This document shows, piece after piece, positions 63,447 to 64,000 of a DNA stretch of 64,000 bases. The DNA is from an uncultured Gulosibacter sp. (GTDB taxonomy: Bacteria; Actinomycetota; Actinomycetes; Actinomycetales; Microbacteriaceae). Made by a program: the position numbers and the translations under genes. Each line of letters starts with the position of its first letter. Positions within the stretch are counted from its first letter, which is position 1. The DNA lies in contig CAZWTW010000006.1 of NCBI GenBank assembly GCA_964637095.1, positions 2,074 through 66,073 of the forward strand, read 5' to 3'. Under the pieces are notes generated by a model. It did not search any database, had not been told where the DNA came from, and worked only from the letters and a program-made list of their open reading frames with translations.

Positions 63447-63913
63447 GCGCGAAGGCGACGAAGCTCGAGAGCGGTCGCAATGGCCGCGGTTGCTGCTTCA
63501 GCGCCCTTGTCTTCACGTGAACCGGCGAGGCCGGCACGGTCGATTCCCTGGGCTTCGTCATCGAGCGTGAGCACGCCGAATCCGACGGGCTTGCCCGTGT
63601 CGAGTGCAACTCGTGTCAAACCGTCCGTCGCGGCGTTCGAGACGAACTCGAAGTGGGGAGTCCCGCCTCGAATGATGACGCCGAGGCACACGACGGCTTC
63701 CGCGCCGGAGTCCAGTGCGGTTTTGGCGACGACGGGCAACTCGAACGCACCGGGTACGCGGACGACCGAGTAATCCGCCGACGCAGCATCCAAAACGCGC
63801 GTTGCTCCAGCGATGAGTCCGTCGGTGATCGCGTCGTGCCACGAACCCGCAATCACCGTGACTTTCATCCCGGGCGCCGAGACGGCGATGTCGGGTGAAC
63901 CGTGTCCAGCCAT
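63443..63913 (-). CDS. ribH: 6,7-dimethyl-8-ribityllumazine synthase
   Basis: VPGAFELP, LGVIIRGGTPHFEFV, PVGFGVLT, DRAG, KG.EAA. Confidence 0.98.
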   Translation of the reverse strand: MAGHGSPDIAVSAPGMKVTVIAGSWHDAITDGLIAGATRVLDAASADYSVVRVPGAFELPVVAKTALDSGAEAVVCLGVIIRGGTPHFEFVSNAATDGLTRVALDTGKPVGFGVLTLDDEAQGIDRAGLAGSREDKGAEAATAAIATALELRRLRA

Positions 63914-63916
63914 CGG

Positions 63917-64000
63917 CTAGGCCTCTTCTGGTGTGTTCGGCAGAGACGTCGGCAAGTTATGGCCCATGCGGTCGCGCTTCGCGCCGAGGTACGCCTTGTT
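63917..64000 (-). CDS. ribA: C-terminal end of GTP cyclohydrolase II (RibA or RibBA), truncated by window edge
   Basis: Minus strand reads NKAYLGAKRDRMGHNLPTSLPNTPEEA*; N..YL..K..RMGH is the RibA C-terminal motif; directly upstream of ribH. Confidence 0.88.
   Translation of the reverse strand, partial: NKAYLGAKRDRMGHNLPTSLPNTPEEA

Overview
High-GC, very compact actinobacterial chromosome segment, most consistent with Microbacteriaceae (inferred from gene order and protein sequences). 1-16.7 kb is the S10-spc-alpha ribosomal protein cluster (rpsJ..rplQ, secY, adk, infA, rpmJ, rpoA), followed by truA and rplM-rpsI; rpsN, map and rpsD are absent from their usual positions. Next come glmM, coaA, glmS, acpS, alr, tsaE-tsaB-rimI-tsaD, a SAM methyltransferase, a small TetR module, CIRCE-groES (no groEL), rarD, a liv-type ABC system, guaB-guaB3-SURF1-like-DUF3817-like-guaA, pcrA, a sortase-signal surface protein, sucCD, purNH, a Doc/Fic-type toxin-antitoxin islet, icd, a P1B-ATPase, an MFS transporter, glyA-folD, tdk, ABC exporters, ribH and the 3' end of ribA. 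I saw no rRNA, tRNA, CRISPR array or transposase. Most of the window is housekeeping, and the most interesting signals are non-coding or motif-level: (1) a hairpin between rplE and rpsH with the geometry of the 16S rRNA helix-21 S8-binding site (candidate S8 autogenous operator); (2) a pseudoknot-capable leader before rpsM; (3) pervasive leaderless promoter architecture, including two divergent genes sharing one overlapping -10 element; (4) a Doc toxin with an altered catalytic loop (HPFMDDNKR) next to an orphan ORF; (5) unusual changes in uS3 and uL15. All family assignments are by eye and from memory; no searches were run.
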